A stretch of 64,000 nucleotides of DNA from Haliotis cracherodii (lineage: Eukaryota), in assembly GCF_022045235.1 (NCBI RefSeq), contig NW_027266286.1, positions 27,280,001-27,344,000 of the forward strand. Direction: 5' to 3'. The notes beneath the pieces are model-generated. The model did not search any database. It was not told the DNA's origin and saw nothing but the letters and a program-made list of their open reading frames with translations. Shown here one piece after another: positions 26,501 through 39,663 of the stretch (its first letter is position 1; every line of letters starts with the position of its first letter). The translations under genes were made by a program, and so were the position numbers.

Positions 26501-27660
26501 TGTCAGGTCGCGGTGCTGTTTTGATCGATCCAGGTGGGGTACCATCCCGGTACTAGCCATTATGTACAGCCATTGTGACCACACAATCCACAGTCTCCTC
26601 AAACAACAAGCCCTGGATTGGGGAGTCTTCTGACCTGGCAGTGCTTGCGACCAACAAGACAAGACAAGACAACTCATGATGCATTTCAGACATGTTCAGC
26701 AAACATCAGAATGACTGCAGCAATTGAATATTCCATCATAAAAATACCACAAATTTCAAATTTAGAATCACGAGAAATTCCTGTTTCAGTTAATGGTGCA
26801 GTAGACTTAAAATATTTGAATATTTTACAAACCATGCTTGGAAATCTAGAATTATTTATATGTAAATGTTCATTTAATATTTTAAAATATTAACAAAACA
26901 TGAATGTCAATGTAGCATAAATGTAGAATGTTTCTGCACAAACTTTAGAATTACAAAAGCTTTGCTTTATACTGCAGTTGCTGGCTACAAGACTGTATAT
27001 ATGTGTTGTGCTTCTGCCCAAGCTGTGTAAGAGATACCTCACTACTAGATATTTATTGATGTTTATGGTATATTTGTAATACCACTGGTGCATTTAATGT
27101 CACTGACGCTCTGATAGCCACATACTATTAGGCTACCACTCATTTATTCTTGTAGACATTTTATACAAAGGTTTGTAAAATAATATATCTAAAACAATAT
27201 TGTTCCACCATTAAAATATTCCCAAATTCATTTTTTTTAATTTTGAAAAGTAAAATTTATCTTTAAAATTTGAAAAACATTATTCATAATTGTTTTTAAT
27301 TTAAGGCTCTTGTAATATTTACTGCATTAATTATCGTACCCATTGTATTGAGATATAGTTTGCATAAACAATTATTTATTTTTTTTATAGTATTTAATAA
27401 ATGGGGTAGCTGTCCTCTTGTGTGTGTTCATAATTTAAAAGGCCAAAGATTGAAAGATCTCGACGAATTTGATATGTCTTTTTCTGGAGATAAAAATGAA
27501 TAATCTTACCTTTCTTAAGGTAAAGTATACAAAAATCATAACTAAATTGAAATATCAACAAGCAATAAATGTATATGCCAGTTTGATAGGGTGTTGCCCT
27601 CTGTACATTATGTGGTCAATATTTTGTTATGTAAATGTGATATTGAACTGTACCACTTAC

Positions 27661-27675
27661 AATAAAATAATAAAC
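27661..27675 (+). terminator. Candidate polyadenylation signals (AATAAA x2) of F-spondin
   Basis: aataaa twice, followed by GT/T-rich sequence; other AATAAA sites occur upstream. Confidence 0.35.
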
Positions 27676-29099
27676 AAAATACTACCAAGTTTGTTGACAC
27701 GTCTTATTTCTTTACATAAATCATTTTCAGAGGTTTCACTGTGATTTTGCTAAAATCTGAAATTGAATCAGCAAATAGCAAAAATGTGTTTTCTCACCAG
27801 GATCCAAGTGAGTTTATGGTGTGATGTGTTGCAAGTTAACATTCTTACCGGTATTTGTTTGCTGAAGATTTCATGATTTATAACATTTGAATGTGAGCAA
27901 CAGTGCTGTAGCACTTTTTTCAATAATGACACAAAATATGGACATTATATGAATTTTTTACTTTAATTTCAATAGTGAAACTAAACATTTCATGACATGT
28001 TCAGTTAACGTCTTTGGGCAAAGTGAATATGAATAACCACTCACAATCATGTATACTGTATGTCAAAATTAAAATCAACATACTCAATAACACTTGTAAA
28101 CATAAATATGTCATACATATAATCAAACTGACCTTATTTGGTATAGTAAAACTTATAGCAGGAAAAAATAATACAGGACCAATTATTGGCTTGTCATCAT
28201 ACAAATCCCACAGTTACCTTGTCTGAGGTGCAAGGTCTTAGATTAACAACATTTTGTGAAGGATTGGCTCGTTATTTTCACTGATGGTTCAAAGAACTAC
28301 ATGTAGTCCATAATAAAACTAATAATGTTAAAATGGAGAAAGATACAACAGCTGTGTTCAGTTGGAGCATATTGACCTTTTTTTTTACATATGACCTTGA
28401 ACTTGACCTGCATTTACATGTGACCTGACTTAAAATAAGGATCTTATTGATCAGTATTTTCATCCAGAAACCAGTTCCTGAGCTAAGTTTTGACATTATC
28501 AAATGACCTCTAACCTTTAACTTTTGACAATTTGGGCTAGTACACAAACTGTATGTATGGTTGTCTACCAGCTGACTTGGGCATGACTTCATCACTTGGG
28601 GAAAGTTTCCTCCAGAAACCTGCCCATTGGAGCTTGTAAGGTGCCTGACTGGCATCTAAATCATTGGCTTTACAGAACTTGAACAATCAGTTGTACCCCT
28701 TGTTGTCTTAAAGATGGGTTTCCAGAATATCCAGGTCTGGATTATAGCTCATGTAACATGACTGATCACATCACACTATACTTTATTTACAATTACAAAA
28801 TACCATATGTCACTGCAGTATGCCAAATATACCACACATCAGTCAATAGGTTGAATGTACCAGTCAGTAGAAGGGTAACTTTTCTCCACTAAAGTGGAAG
28901 AAAAAATAGAAATGAGTCATAGGATATGTACACACATGAAATGTTATCACAGTCGTAGTCCCTTCATATTGAACACTGGCAGATAGAACTGTCACACACA
29001 AAAAAGCCTGCCTCCTTGAAATAGTTGTCCAACAATGTAAGAAGATGTATTTCATCCTGTTGAGACATGAAGACACAGAGAGTCTCCTCCTGAATCATC

Positions 29100-29251
29100 T
29101 CAGCTGTTCACATGAACATGGATCTTGGTTCCTGAACTGCTCGACACTGGTGTATTGTGGGATTGCCGAGTTGACTGGAAGCGAGATGGGCCAGTTGACA
29201 GCGAGAACTCGTAAGGGTCCATATTGTTTGTGGCTATTCTCAGTCTGTCAG
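29100..29251 (-). CDS. C11orf65: MFI/C11orf65-like terminal exon (SDRLRIATNNMDPYEFSL...HVNS*)
   Basis: ctctcctttcag acceptor; phase fits the donor at 30656; open to TGA. Confidence 0.65.
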
Positions 29252-29364
29252 CTGAAAGGAGAGATATATCTTATGCACTGAGGTCAGAACGTGATGAGAC
29301 TGACTCTGGTAATAAAGTTTGTTGGTATGAAAAGCAGACTTCATTCTCTTCCTTGGTCTTTGCC

Positions 29365-29547
29365 GGGATCGGGTGGTCAGGCTCACTGACTTGGTTGAAG
29401 TATGTCATCGTATCCCAATTGTGTGGATCAATGCTCATGATATCTATCACTGGATTGTCTTGTCCAGATTTGATTATTTACAGACTGCCGTCATATAGCT
29501 GGAATATTGCTGAGTGTGGCGTTAAACAACCAACCAACCAACCAACT
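29365..29547 (+). mobile_element. SINE-like family C copy, 5' truncated
   Basis: Homology to 22006-22266; (CAAC)n tail. Confidence 0.7.
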
Positions 29548-29879
29548 TTGCCAGTCGGGTGTGATGACACACTACATCAGGTCATGATTGAGGGGGTTGT
29601 TCTACGATAGTAGTCCCTGTACCAAGTACTATCCACATTCAATATCAACTATCAATCCCCTTAGTTGTCTACAAGGGATCTATTCTGCCCAAACAGCGGT
29701 AGCAACTAACAGTTTTACTCCACTAATCCTTATAATGATAACATACATCAAAACCCTTAAAAATGGCAAATTTCTATGAGTCCTTATGATACCTTAATTA
29801 TTGGGCACTTTGGCAAGTACTACAGGACTAGTGCCAATTTCTAACACTGCCAATGACCCCTTAGGGAGAAGAGCATGGG

Positions 29880-30490
29880 GATACCAGGGAGACATACATG
29901 GGGGTACTGGGGATCTATTCTACCCCCAGAATCCCCTTAGGGAGACACGCATGGAGGTACTGGAGATCTATTCTATCCACAGAATCCCCTTCGGGAGACA
30001 TACATGGGGGTACTGGTGATCTATTCTATCTACAGAATCTCCTTTGGGAGACAAGCATGGAGGTACTGGGGATCTATTCTATCAACAGAATCCCCTTTGG
30101 GAGACATGCATGGAGGTACTGGGGATCTATTCTACCCCCAGAATCCCCTTAGGGAGACAAGCATGGAGGTACTGGGGATCTATTCTACCCCCAGAATCCC
30201 CTTAGGGAGACAAGCATGGAGGTACCGGGGATCTATTCTACTCCCAGAATCCCCTTAGGGAGACAAGCATGGAGGTACTGTGGATCTATTCTATCTACAG
30301 AATCCCCTTAGGGAGACATACATGGGGGTACTGGGGATCTATTCTATCTACAGAATCCCCTTAGGGAGACACGCATTGAGGTACTGGGGATCTATTCTAC
30401 CCCCAGAATCCCCTTAGGGAGACAAGCATGGGGGTACTGGGGATCTATTCTACCCCCAGAATCCCCATTGGGAGACATACATGGGGGTAA
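29880..30490. repeat. 53-bp minisatellite, ~11 copies
   Basis: gggagac recurs at 29887, 29940, 29993 and onward. Confidence 0.93.
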
Positions 30491-30656
30491 TGAGGATCTG
30501 TTCTGTCCAACAATGCTTCATGGCTGCTCAGATGACTTCAAACAGTGACTAACTTACTTTAACTTACTTTACCTCAACAATAAGGATATATCTATTCACA
30601 TTGACATATTTCAAAGATGTATTTTCCAACTGAACATATCAAAGCACAATTCTCAC

Positions 30657-30712
30657 ATATTTTGGCCTCTGAATCAGAGCTGGTGGCAAGGTCCTTCCAT
30701 GTTGTCCAGTAG
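30657..30712 (-). CDS. C11orf65: MFI/C11orf65-like exon (DYWTTWKDLATSSDSEAKI)
   Basis: tttcag acceptor, T|gtgaga donor; matches the Y...WK..ATS motif of the family. Confidence 0.82.
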
Positions 30713-31139
30713 CTGAAACAAAGACAACAGATTCTTGTGTACAACTGTGTAACACCAATAATGAAGACAAAGACGTTAACCAAAAACAAGGATTGATAGG
30801 TTAAATCATACAAACCACTTCAATCATTCAATTGCATACTTACATTTAATATTTTTGGGGAAAAGCTTTACCAGCCCAGGTCAAGATAAAATGCCCTTGT
30901 AATGTTAATACAATAGGGAAATTTGGACTAGCCCACTGGAATTTGTACTAGCCTTGGGCTAGCGGGCTAGTGTTAATTTCTAACCCTTGGAAGGCAGGGG
31001 ATTTAGAAAATAATTGTTCCTGAAAATACTACAAATAAATAATTTCATCTTAGGTTTTACAAAAAGAAAATACTAACACTGGTCATGTCATCAACCCCAA
31101 AATTATAAATCTAGCTCCTTCTTACAAAATCTCAGGCAC

Positions 31140-31272
31140 CACAAGACATGTGACAAGACTGGTCAAGACAGGTGACAAGACTGGTCAAGACATGTGACAA
31201 GACTGGTCAAAACAGGTGACAAGACTGGTCAAGACAGGTGACAAGACTGGTCAAGACATGTGACAAGACTGG
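31140..31272. repeat. 22-bp tandem repeat (gacaagactggtcaagaca[t/g]gt), ~6 copies
   Basis: Seen directly. Confidence 0.9.
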
Positions 31273-31330
31273 TGGAGGAAAACAAGAAACGGCACATCAT
31301 TTTTTCACTGCAACGTTGTATTCCACCTAC

Positions 31331-31501
31331 TCGTCAAAGTTGAGACTGGTGGTCCAGTCCAGTAGTTCATCCACCTCCCACTCCTCCAGCGCTTGTGGTC
31401 CTGACGCCTCCACAGTCGCCACCATCCCCGCTGCAGCGCCCTCTATCAGCTTCACGGTCTCATAGTCATCAGCCTTGGCCTTCAACATGCCATCCCGGTA
31501 C
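31331..31501 (-). CDS. C11orf65: MFI/C11orf65-like exon (YRDGMLKAK...EWEVDELLDWTTSLNFD)
   Basis: EWEVDE.L.WT..LNFD hallmark; gagcag acceptor, gtaggt donor. Confidence 0.92.
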
Positions 31502-32099
31502 CTGCTCACGTCAACAAAACATATGACCTTGTGGACACATCTTTTATAAATTAACATTCTTTTTCCAAGAAGCCGCACTGAACAGTCTACCTGGATAACA
31601 AAAGTTTTTTGAGGAATGGAATCGGTCGGAAATTATCATGAAAAGACATTTGGTTAAGCATAAAGTATAAGTTAAAGTATAAATTTTACAAATAATTAAT
31701 AAAAAATATAAGACCTGAAGCTCCACATGATGTTCACGATTTTTACAGTGTCCAATATCTCCATTCTATACAGACAAATACCCTGAACCCAACAAATCTT
31801 TGTGCCAGAAGTGACGTCACCATCTTTTCTGTCATATTTGAACAGCATTCCAACTCACTCTGAATAAAAGTTTGGCATCTAAATCTAAATTAGAATTGGG
31901 ACTTCATCCAAGAGAACCCTCGATACATATACCATATTTTCTTGAGTATAGCGCCCACCCGAGTATAATGCGCACCCCCCTCTAGCAGATTCAGTATTTT
32001 AGAGAAAAGAATTTGAATATTATGCGCAGAAAAAAATTACACGGCACCAGCAACAAGATGAGGCCAGCACAGGTGATTTTGCCGCTTGTTTCAATCATG

Positions 32100-32349
32100 T
32101 TTTGTTTGTTTTTGTTTGTTGTTTAATGCTGCACTGGCAATATTTCAGCTATATGACGCCAGTCTGTAAATAATCGAGTTTGCACTAGACAATCCAGTGA
32201 TTAACATCATGTGCAATGATCCATGCATCAACCAAGTCAGGAAGCCTGTCCACCCGATCCCGTTGGTCGACTCTTATGGCAAGCATAGTCGCCTTTTACG
32301 GCAAGCATGGGTTTCTGAAGACATATTCTAACCCGGATCTTCACTGGGT
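32100..32349 (-). mobile_element. SINE-like family C copy
   Basis: Reverse complement of the 22006 copy. Confidence 0.7.
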
Positions 32350-32521
32350 CGGTTTCAAGATCAGGGTAATTTCAATGGATGGCTATTCCAAGTGTCATGT
32401 CATTCGAACCGGATTCAAAACAAATATATGGTGGCAAATAGATTCTGGGTATTTATCAAAATTGAATGGTGATATAATACCGGTACACTAGATAACCATG
32501 GATCCATCATCCACAACTTAC

Positions 32522-32586
32522 ATCTTCTTCATCCAGTCTATCTTCTTCTGCTTCCGTCTCTTCTCCACATCTTGTTTCCTCGCTAA
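32522..32586 (-). CDS. C11orf65: MFI/C11orf65-like exon (LARKQDVEKRRKQKKIDWMKKM)
   Basis: ttacag acceptor, gtaagt donor; R.QD.EK.RK..KI.WM..M motif. Confidence 0.9.
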
Positions 32587-33330
32587 CTGTAATCAGAAGA
32601 ATCATTCAAAACATATGACATGATGCAAAGGCAAACATAATAAATTGATTATGGAAATTAAACAGTATGTTTATTTCATTCTTAGAGATGTTAACATGCG
32701 AGGAGCAGATAGAAGAAATGTAGAACATTTGTTTGAGCCACTTACCTTCAACCCAACAGGGCGTCACCATAGCAACCACTAGCTTTCAGCCTCAAGGTCA
32801 TCACAATATCAAACCTAATGTCACCATAGCAACCACTACCATTCAATGGGGCATGGGTGGCCCAGACTTCTATGGCACCTCAATTCATAGTGCAGATTAA
32901 GTCATTCAGGAATTCCAGAATCCCATAATAGGTTCAAATAAGATTTGTCCTGATTCTGGCCTTATAATAAATATTCAGACTTCTAGGTGATCACCATAGC
33001 AACAACTGATATCAGCCTCCTAGGTTACCACAGCCACAACTGATATTAACATCCTATGTCACCATACCACACTAAACTCTCTAAAGACATGTCATTCATA
33101 ACGTTGGTTGTCCTTCTCAACAAAAATTGGGCAACAAAATCCTCTTCTATCCTGAGGCCCTAGGAATAACCGCCGTGATATTGCTGGAATATTGCTAAAA
33201 GGGGCATAAAAAACATACTCACTCACTCACTCACCCAAGGAATAAAATGGTGTCTGATTTTACTAGGGGAACAAACCTAACATGATTTACAACCTTGATC
33301 GAAATTTGATTTCTTGAGGTGACTGGTTAC

Positions 33331-33464
33331 CTTATCATGGTGGAATTCATATTTCTTGTTGGACGTCTGCCACGTGACAGGGTCAGACATAATGTGATGG
33401 ATCAGACGGTCAGACACCAGACGCCAGCCATTGTTCTCAACCCTCTGATACCACCCATCTTTGT
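33331..33464 (-). CDS. C11orf65: MFI/C11orf65-like exon (DKDGWYQRVENNGWRLVSD...EFHHDK)
   Basis: GWY.R.ENNGWR.VSD hallmark; ttccag acceptor, gtaacc donor. Confidence 0.93.
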
Positions 33465-33561
33465 CTGGAATGGAAAAACACAACACAATATTCATGTTTG
33501 TATGTTGCACTATTCCAGCCATATCATGGCAGTCTGGGCCGAACAAACCAGTGCTTGATGT

Positions 33562-33963
33562 TAGGGCTGGGACAAGTCCAAATTTACTACCCGGGTACCC
33601 ACCCCCCTATTACCCGACCCTACCCGGGTACCCGCTGTAGGTCTCAAGAGGCAGCTGAAAACTGTCTGATTGGGAAAAGTTTGACAGTAGTTATGGTAAA
33701 ATATGTTTAGATACATGTATAAAACGATCTGGTGTATACACTGAAGTTGACTGAACTTTTATTTTTATTCAAACATATAAAAGTCAGAAGGAATGGGCGT
33801 AGTAGTCACATTAGTGACTTGTTTAAACACAGAGTTTTAGATACCTTTTGTCATTAAACAATATATCGAGCGACTTACCATGGGTCCGGGAAGTCCTGTG
33901 GATATCCGGGCCCTACTCGGTACCCACCCGACCCGAGTACCCGTGTTACCCGTCCCAGCCCTA
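33562..33963. mobile_element. hAT-type MITE inserted into a family C SINE
   Basis: tagggctgggac ... gtcccagcccta inverted termini; 8-bp TSD cttgatgt at 33554-33561 and 33964-33971. Confidence 0.85.
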
Positions 33964-34434
33964 CTTGATGTTATGAGCATCGATCCGACGACACGAAATT
34001 AACCAAATCATCGAGCCTGACCACTGATCTATACAGTCACCCCTTACAACAACAACAGGATTCATTCTACCCTGGTACTCCGAAATTATTTGTATGATGA
34101 GCATGGTTAGGAATGGATACTGCTATTTCATAATTTGAAAATAATTTATGGACATTATAAGTTGTAGCAGGATCACTTGGGGTACATGGGGTTTTAAGCG
34201 TCCCTCGTTTTATATATAAAAACCTAACAAGAGATGCATAAAAAACCCACTTACCCAGAGTGATCCTGCTACAACATATTAATTTTACCGACATGTTTCA
34301 ATATGACATTGTAAAAGGATTAAAAGAAATTCAAAATTGATAGAAAACAGCTGTTTGATTGAGCTGAGGTTAAATTGTGCTACGTCATGTGACTTTCATT
34401 GACTCAGCGAAAAATCATGCAGCCTTTTGCTTTG

Positions 34435-34886
34435 AAGCTGGGTATAAGGGATTTATTCTGCTTCTCAGAAATCCATGTGCAGTATATCTTGCTCATGGTG
34501 GGGTATAAGGGATTTATTCTGCATCTCAGAAATCCATGTGCAGTATGTCTTGCTCATGGTGGGGTATAAGGGATTTATTCTGCATGTCAGAAATCCATGT
34601 GCAGTATGTCTTGCTCATGGTGGGGTATAAAGGATTTATTCTGCATCTCAGAAATCCATGTGCAGTATGTCTTGCTCATGGTGAGGTAGAAGGGATTTAT
34701 TCTGCATCTCAGAAATCCATGCACAGTATGTCTTCCTCATGGTGGGGTATAAGGGATTTATTCTGCATCTCAGAAATCCATGTGCAGTATGTCTTGCTCA
34801 TGGTGGGGTATAAGGGATTTATTATGCATCTCAGAAATCCATGCGCAGTATGTCTTGTTCATGGTGGGGTATAAGGGATTTATTCT
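34435..34886. repeat. 61-bp minisatellite, ~7 copies
   Basis: gggtataagggatttattctg recurs every 61 nt. Confidence 0.92.
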
Positions 34887-35232
34887 CCTGCTGAGAAATT
34901 TATTCCATTTTTGACATTTCTCTGGGTCCGCCAACTGGGACTATAAACAAAGATGTAGAGTCCCCTGGATCCAAAATATATAACCCAGGCAAACCCCAGC
35001 TCCCAGCTAACACTGCTTTGTGCATACCGGGCCTAGATTAAGGGACTGAACTATTTATACTCTCGGTCGATCAAGTCCATGTTGAAGTATGGAGGTTACA
35101 TCAGACATAGCAGTACATCTACTCCTGGAAACATTACATTGGTTTGATTAATGTGACAAACGAACAAGCATGACAGCTTCAAAATCTAATACTTCTGGCA
35201 AATTTTCAGGAACCGCTGTGAGAATAAATAGG

Positions 35233-35487
35233 GAGTGAGTTTGGTTAAGCACAGCTTTTAACAGTTTTTCAGTTATATCTGTCAGCTTATTGTGGGAGGA
35301 AAGCCCAAAGTGATGCAGGTCTTAGACGTTTACCACTTTGGTGAAACCCACGAGCATGAGTTGTGCTGACAAACCTAGAAACATAATCGAGGCGAACCCA
35401 CAATCATAGGTTTCATGCGTAGGCAAGGGACGCAACTCTGCACAGTGAATTGCGGCGCCTTCGACGACTGGGCAACCCTTGCCCCCT
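35233..35487 (-). mobile_element. SINE family A copy
   Basis: Homology to the 682 and 5868 copies. Confidence 0.72.
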
Positions 35488-35715
35488 GAGGATAAATAAC
35501 AAATAGTGCAAAAAAACACTCTAAACTATTTACAGATACAAAAAGATTTTGTTGAAAAAACTCAATCGGGAATGTCAAAATGTTCTTTTTTTCTTTTTGT
35601 GTGGGTCTGTCATTTAACAAAAAGAATTGCAGTGCTAAACCTATCTAATTTATCCCAAAAGAGCAGTAAATACAACAAGCCAATAATTGTTTCAAGTGTA
35701 CATTTGGGTACTGAC

Positions 35716-35875
35716 CTGTGCCTGGCCCAATCACTGCCCTGTTTTTGGTGTGTTTGTCCTTGGCCTTGGTTTGCTTGGCCTCAGGTCGGGTGTAGTCTTT
35801 TGGGCTGTTGGCACACATGTCCACGATGGTGCGGTGGGTGAAGATCTTGTAGTAGATGTTAGGGGGAAATCTTTC
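35716..35875 (-). CDS. C11orf65: MFI/C11orf65-like exon (ERFPPNIYYKIFTHRTIVDMCANSPKDY...)
   Basis: FPP.IYYKIFTHR.I.D.CANSP hallmark; ttgacag acceptor, G|gtcagt donor. Confidence 0.93.
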
Positions 35876-35917
35876 CTGTCAACAAGAGAGGTAGTTAGTA
35901 TGACTCCATATAGATGA

Positions 35918-35976
35918 TAAGGTGAAATGGGGTTTAATGTCGCGTCCGAGATTATTGCACTTATATAGCGGGTATG

Positions 35977-36056
<80 letters not shown>

Positions 36057-36328
36057 GCTGCTTGTACTAGTCCGGACTGATGCCGATTTTATAGTGCTAG
36101 CCCACTGAGATACCATGCTGCAGTTTAACATGAATACCCCACTCAGACACAGTATACTGACTCCAAGCCGACCAGTCCTTGTTTTAGCCCCTTAATGCCG
36201 AGCAGCGTCAGGCAGGGTAACAAGAAGTACCATATTTCAACGTCTTTAGGAATGACGCGGCCGGGATCGAACCCCAGACCTTCCACTCTCCAGGCTGACA
36301 CTCTACCACTAGACCACAGAGGCGGCCT
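35918..36328 (-). mobile_element. SINE family B full-length copy with long (CA)n
   Basis: tRNA-like head (gtggtctagtgg ... ggttcgatccc), Meta-like core, (TG)n at ~35978-36055. Confidence 0.8.
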
Positions 36329-36379
36329 CCTCAATAAAGTGATGCTTCGGCAAGTCTCATCTTCAGACAATGCTTTCTA

Positions 36380-36907
36380 TAACGAATGTTATATTTGGCA
36401 TAACACTTTCTTAGTAAAGTACAGATTCTAGTACTTTTTTAGGGTTGAGTCCCATCCGGGATTCGAACCCACACTTGCCAGGGTGGGGCATGTAATCGCC
36501 AGCACACAAAGTCAGCGATCTTACCCACTCAGCCACCGAGGCTTCCACAAAAATGAAAGTCCGACAACTGGTAGTCTAGATCACGTACTTTGAGTACCCC
36601 CCTGACAAGTGTAAATTGGCACGGCTCCCATGTCCGACAGCTATGAATACCCAATGCCATTTAGAAAGTGATCTAGACTACCAGTTGTCGGACTTTCATT
36701 TTTGTGGAAGTCTCGGTGGCTGAGTGGGTTAGATCGCTGACTTTGTGTGCTGGCGATTAGGTGCCTCACCCTGGCAAGTGTGGGTTCGAATCCCGGACGG
36801 GATTCAACCCTAAAAAAGTACTAGAATCTGTACTTTACTAAGAAAGTGTTATCCCAAATATAACATTCGTTACATTTGACCACTTTTTAAATGGCATTGG
36901 GTATTCA
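36380..36907. mobile_element. Long inverted-repeat element containing a tRNA-like sequence
   Basis: 205-bp arms at 36380-36584 and 36668-36872 (8 mismatches counted); second inverted pair at 36644-36670 and 36881-36907. Confidence 0.7.
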
Positions 36908-37506
36908 ATGTTTTTTTAGTTGATTTATACAGCCATCCACTTCAAGTGGAAAAAGACAATCTGAAAAGCCCTAACTTTCTATTCCAACAAGAAAGCAAGT
37001 GTATAATATGTTAAAGAGAAACACCTGCTACCAGAACGTTGCACACAATCCCTATTTTCTTGCGTATATTACAGATTCTTTTACAGAAAACATACCTATA
37101 TAGAATTGGGAATATAATTGCCAAGTAATAAGAATGGAAAATGTTTTAGTTTCATCATAATTAGTTTGAAAGTTTGTTCTCTATCTAACTTTGAGTATGG
37201 CTCCCCATTGTCAATTTTTCGAAGTACCCAGGGCACTTATTATGGCATATATAGTATTAACAGTTTTCAGATTTTCATGATTATAATACTATTTACCAAG
37301 TAAATATTACTGAAACAAATGAAGAAGCAATTGGGGAGTGTTGACATGAAAACAAAGAGGACAATCAGGGGCTTTTCAAGTACACAGATGAACATTCTCT
37401 TGGTACGACAACTCCGTAATAATGACAGCTGATTCACTTGTGGACAGGACATTTTCTTCCCAATCTGATGCTTGCATGTCTAATCCCCTACAATGTTCCC
37501 ACTCAC

Positions 37507-37653
37507 TCCAGCGAGACGGAAGCGCACATGGATGCCCGCTGCCGAATCCAGCATCTTGGCCTCGTTGGGGTTGATGCATCTCAGCATGAGACCCGGGTCT
37601 CCCCTGGTCCGGAAGTTGATCAGGTCTCGGTAGTAACGATATACCTGGATGTC
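37507..37653 (-). CDS. C11orf65: MFI/C11orf65-like exon (DIQVYRYYRDLINFR...INPNEAKMLDSAAGIHVRFRLAG)
   Basis: INP.EA..LD.AAGIHVRFRL.G hallmark; tgcag acceptor, gtgagt donor. Confidence 0.94.
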
Positions 37654-38580
37654 CTGCACAGAAAAACAGTTGGTTTTTTTTTTAATTGTCTGATAGGCAT
37701 TTCATAGAAGTTGACGGATGACAATGTAAACACAACTTACAGATAACAACTTCTTTTTTTTACTGTAATAGCAATACCGACAGTTGATATAAGGATCTAT
37801 ACTGAAGCGCCATTATTACAGTAAAATAATAAGTTGCTTTCCATAAATTGTGTCTACTTTATTTTATAAAATATTTTTTGTTATAATTGACAATTTTATT
37901 CTCGGAAATTCCTGATACATGAGTAAATCCCATTTCCAGGAGAACTGAGACCAGAAAAATAGATCTGCAGTAATGGTTACATGACACTTCAACAGGGACA
38001 TTGATTTACCATTGGAATTGAATTGGTACAGAGAATACCACTAACTGAGCTGACTTTGCAAAGCACTATTTGATAGAAGACTCAAAGCTTTTCACAATGG
38101 TAAAATGAGACAGCAGTGTTTGAAATAAAAGAATGCCCTGGGGTCTCTGTGGGTTTCTCCTGCAGTATTTAAATTTGGAGACCCCTTAAATCTTTAACTT
38201 TTATCATTAGGGCAATACACCATCCCCTTGACTTTCATTCTTACACACATTAAACAGGAAAGATTGGTTATTTTACAATAGTATAAAGATGTCCTACATG
38301 GACGGGGTTGAGTGAGTGTTGTGTTCAGGAACTGTCACAATATACCATCAAAATCATGGCCGCCTGTAAGACTGGTAAGTCTTTGAATCTGGGCCAATCA
38401 ACCTGGTGGAAAGATGATTACATATGACTCAAATTTTGATCGCGACATTTGTTATTTCTTTATACATACAGAAATATCCCTATGAAATGTTGAGTGGTAT
38501 ATTTACATCTGCAACACATCAAAATTTCTGTTTGAGGTTATCTGGTTGCTGAGAATTTGATTCATGGAAAATTCTTTGTT

Positions 38581-38795
38581 GGTGAGGTGAACAGGGTTTA
38601 ACATTGATTAGTTCAGATTATGGCTCTTATATAGTGACCTGCATTCATGTGTGTGTGTGGCTGCTTGTACTCGTCCGGACTAATGCCGATTTTATAGTGC
38701 TTACCCACTGGGATACCGTGCAGAAGTTCAACATGAGTACCCCATTCAGACACAGTATACTGACTCCGAGCCAGTCCTTGTTTTATCGTTCTAAT
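38581..38795 (-). mobile_element. SINE family B partial copy
   Basis: Homology to 35918-36190. Confidence 0.65.
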
Positions 38796-38796
38796 G

Positions 38797-39663
38797 CCTT
38801 ACAATGTGCCTTCAACTTACAATGTGCCATCAACTTACAATGTGCCTTCAACTTACAATGTGCCTTCAACTTACAATGTGCCACCAACATATTATGTGCC
38901 ACCAACCTATTATGTGCCTTCAACTTACAATGCGCCATCAACTTACAATGTGCCTTCAACTTACAATGTGCCATCAACTTACAATGTGCCTTCAACTTAC
39001 AATGTGCCATCAACTTACAATGTGCCACCAACCTATTATGTGCCTTCAACTTACAATGTGCCTTCAACTTACAATGTGCCATCAACTTACAATGTGCCTT
39101 CAACTTACAATGTGCCATCAACTTACAATGTGCCATCAACTTACAATGTGCTTCAACTTACAATGTGCCTTCAACTTACAATGTGCCTTCAACTTACAAT
39201 GTGCCTTCAACCTACAATGTGCCTTCAACGTACAATTTGCCATCAACTTACAATGTGCCATCAACTTACAATGTGCCTTAAATTTACAATGTGCTTCAAC
39301 TTACAATGTGCTTCAACTTACAATATGCCTTCAACTTACAGTGTGCCATCAACTTACAATGTGCCTTCAACTTACAATGTGCCATCAACTTACAATGTTC
39401 CATCAACCTACAATGTGCCTTCAAAGTACAATGTGCCTTCAACTAACAAAGTGCCTTCAACTTATAATGTGCCTTCAACTTACAATGCGCCATCAACTTA
39501 CAATGTGCCATCAACTTATAATGTGCCGTCAACTTACAAATTGCCTTCAACTTATAATGTGCCTTCAACTTACAATGCGCCATCAACTTACAACGTGCCT
39601 TCAACTTATAATGTGCCGTCAACTTACAAAGTGCCGTCAACTTTCAATGTGCCTTCAACTTAC
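38797..39663. repeat. 18-bp minisatellite (ccttcaacttacaatgtg), ~48 copies, containing the 5' splice-site hexamer on -
   Basis: Tandem periodicity; acttac reads GTAAGT on the minus strand. Confidence 0.95.

Noticed and set aside
23600-29000. Short ORFs between the convergent spondin and MFI genes
   Set aside because: No recognisable domains or exon chains; UTR/intergenic composition
30592-30656. MFI C-terminus by read-through (CENCALICSVGKY...)
   Set aside because: A GTGAGA donor and a phase-matched downstream exon (29100-29251) fit better; not formally excluded
36700-36810. Functional tRNA gene
   Set aside because: A and B boxes are present, but there is no clean anticodon arm or T-run terminator, and it is embedded in a repeat arm
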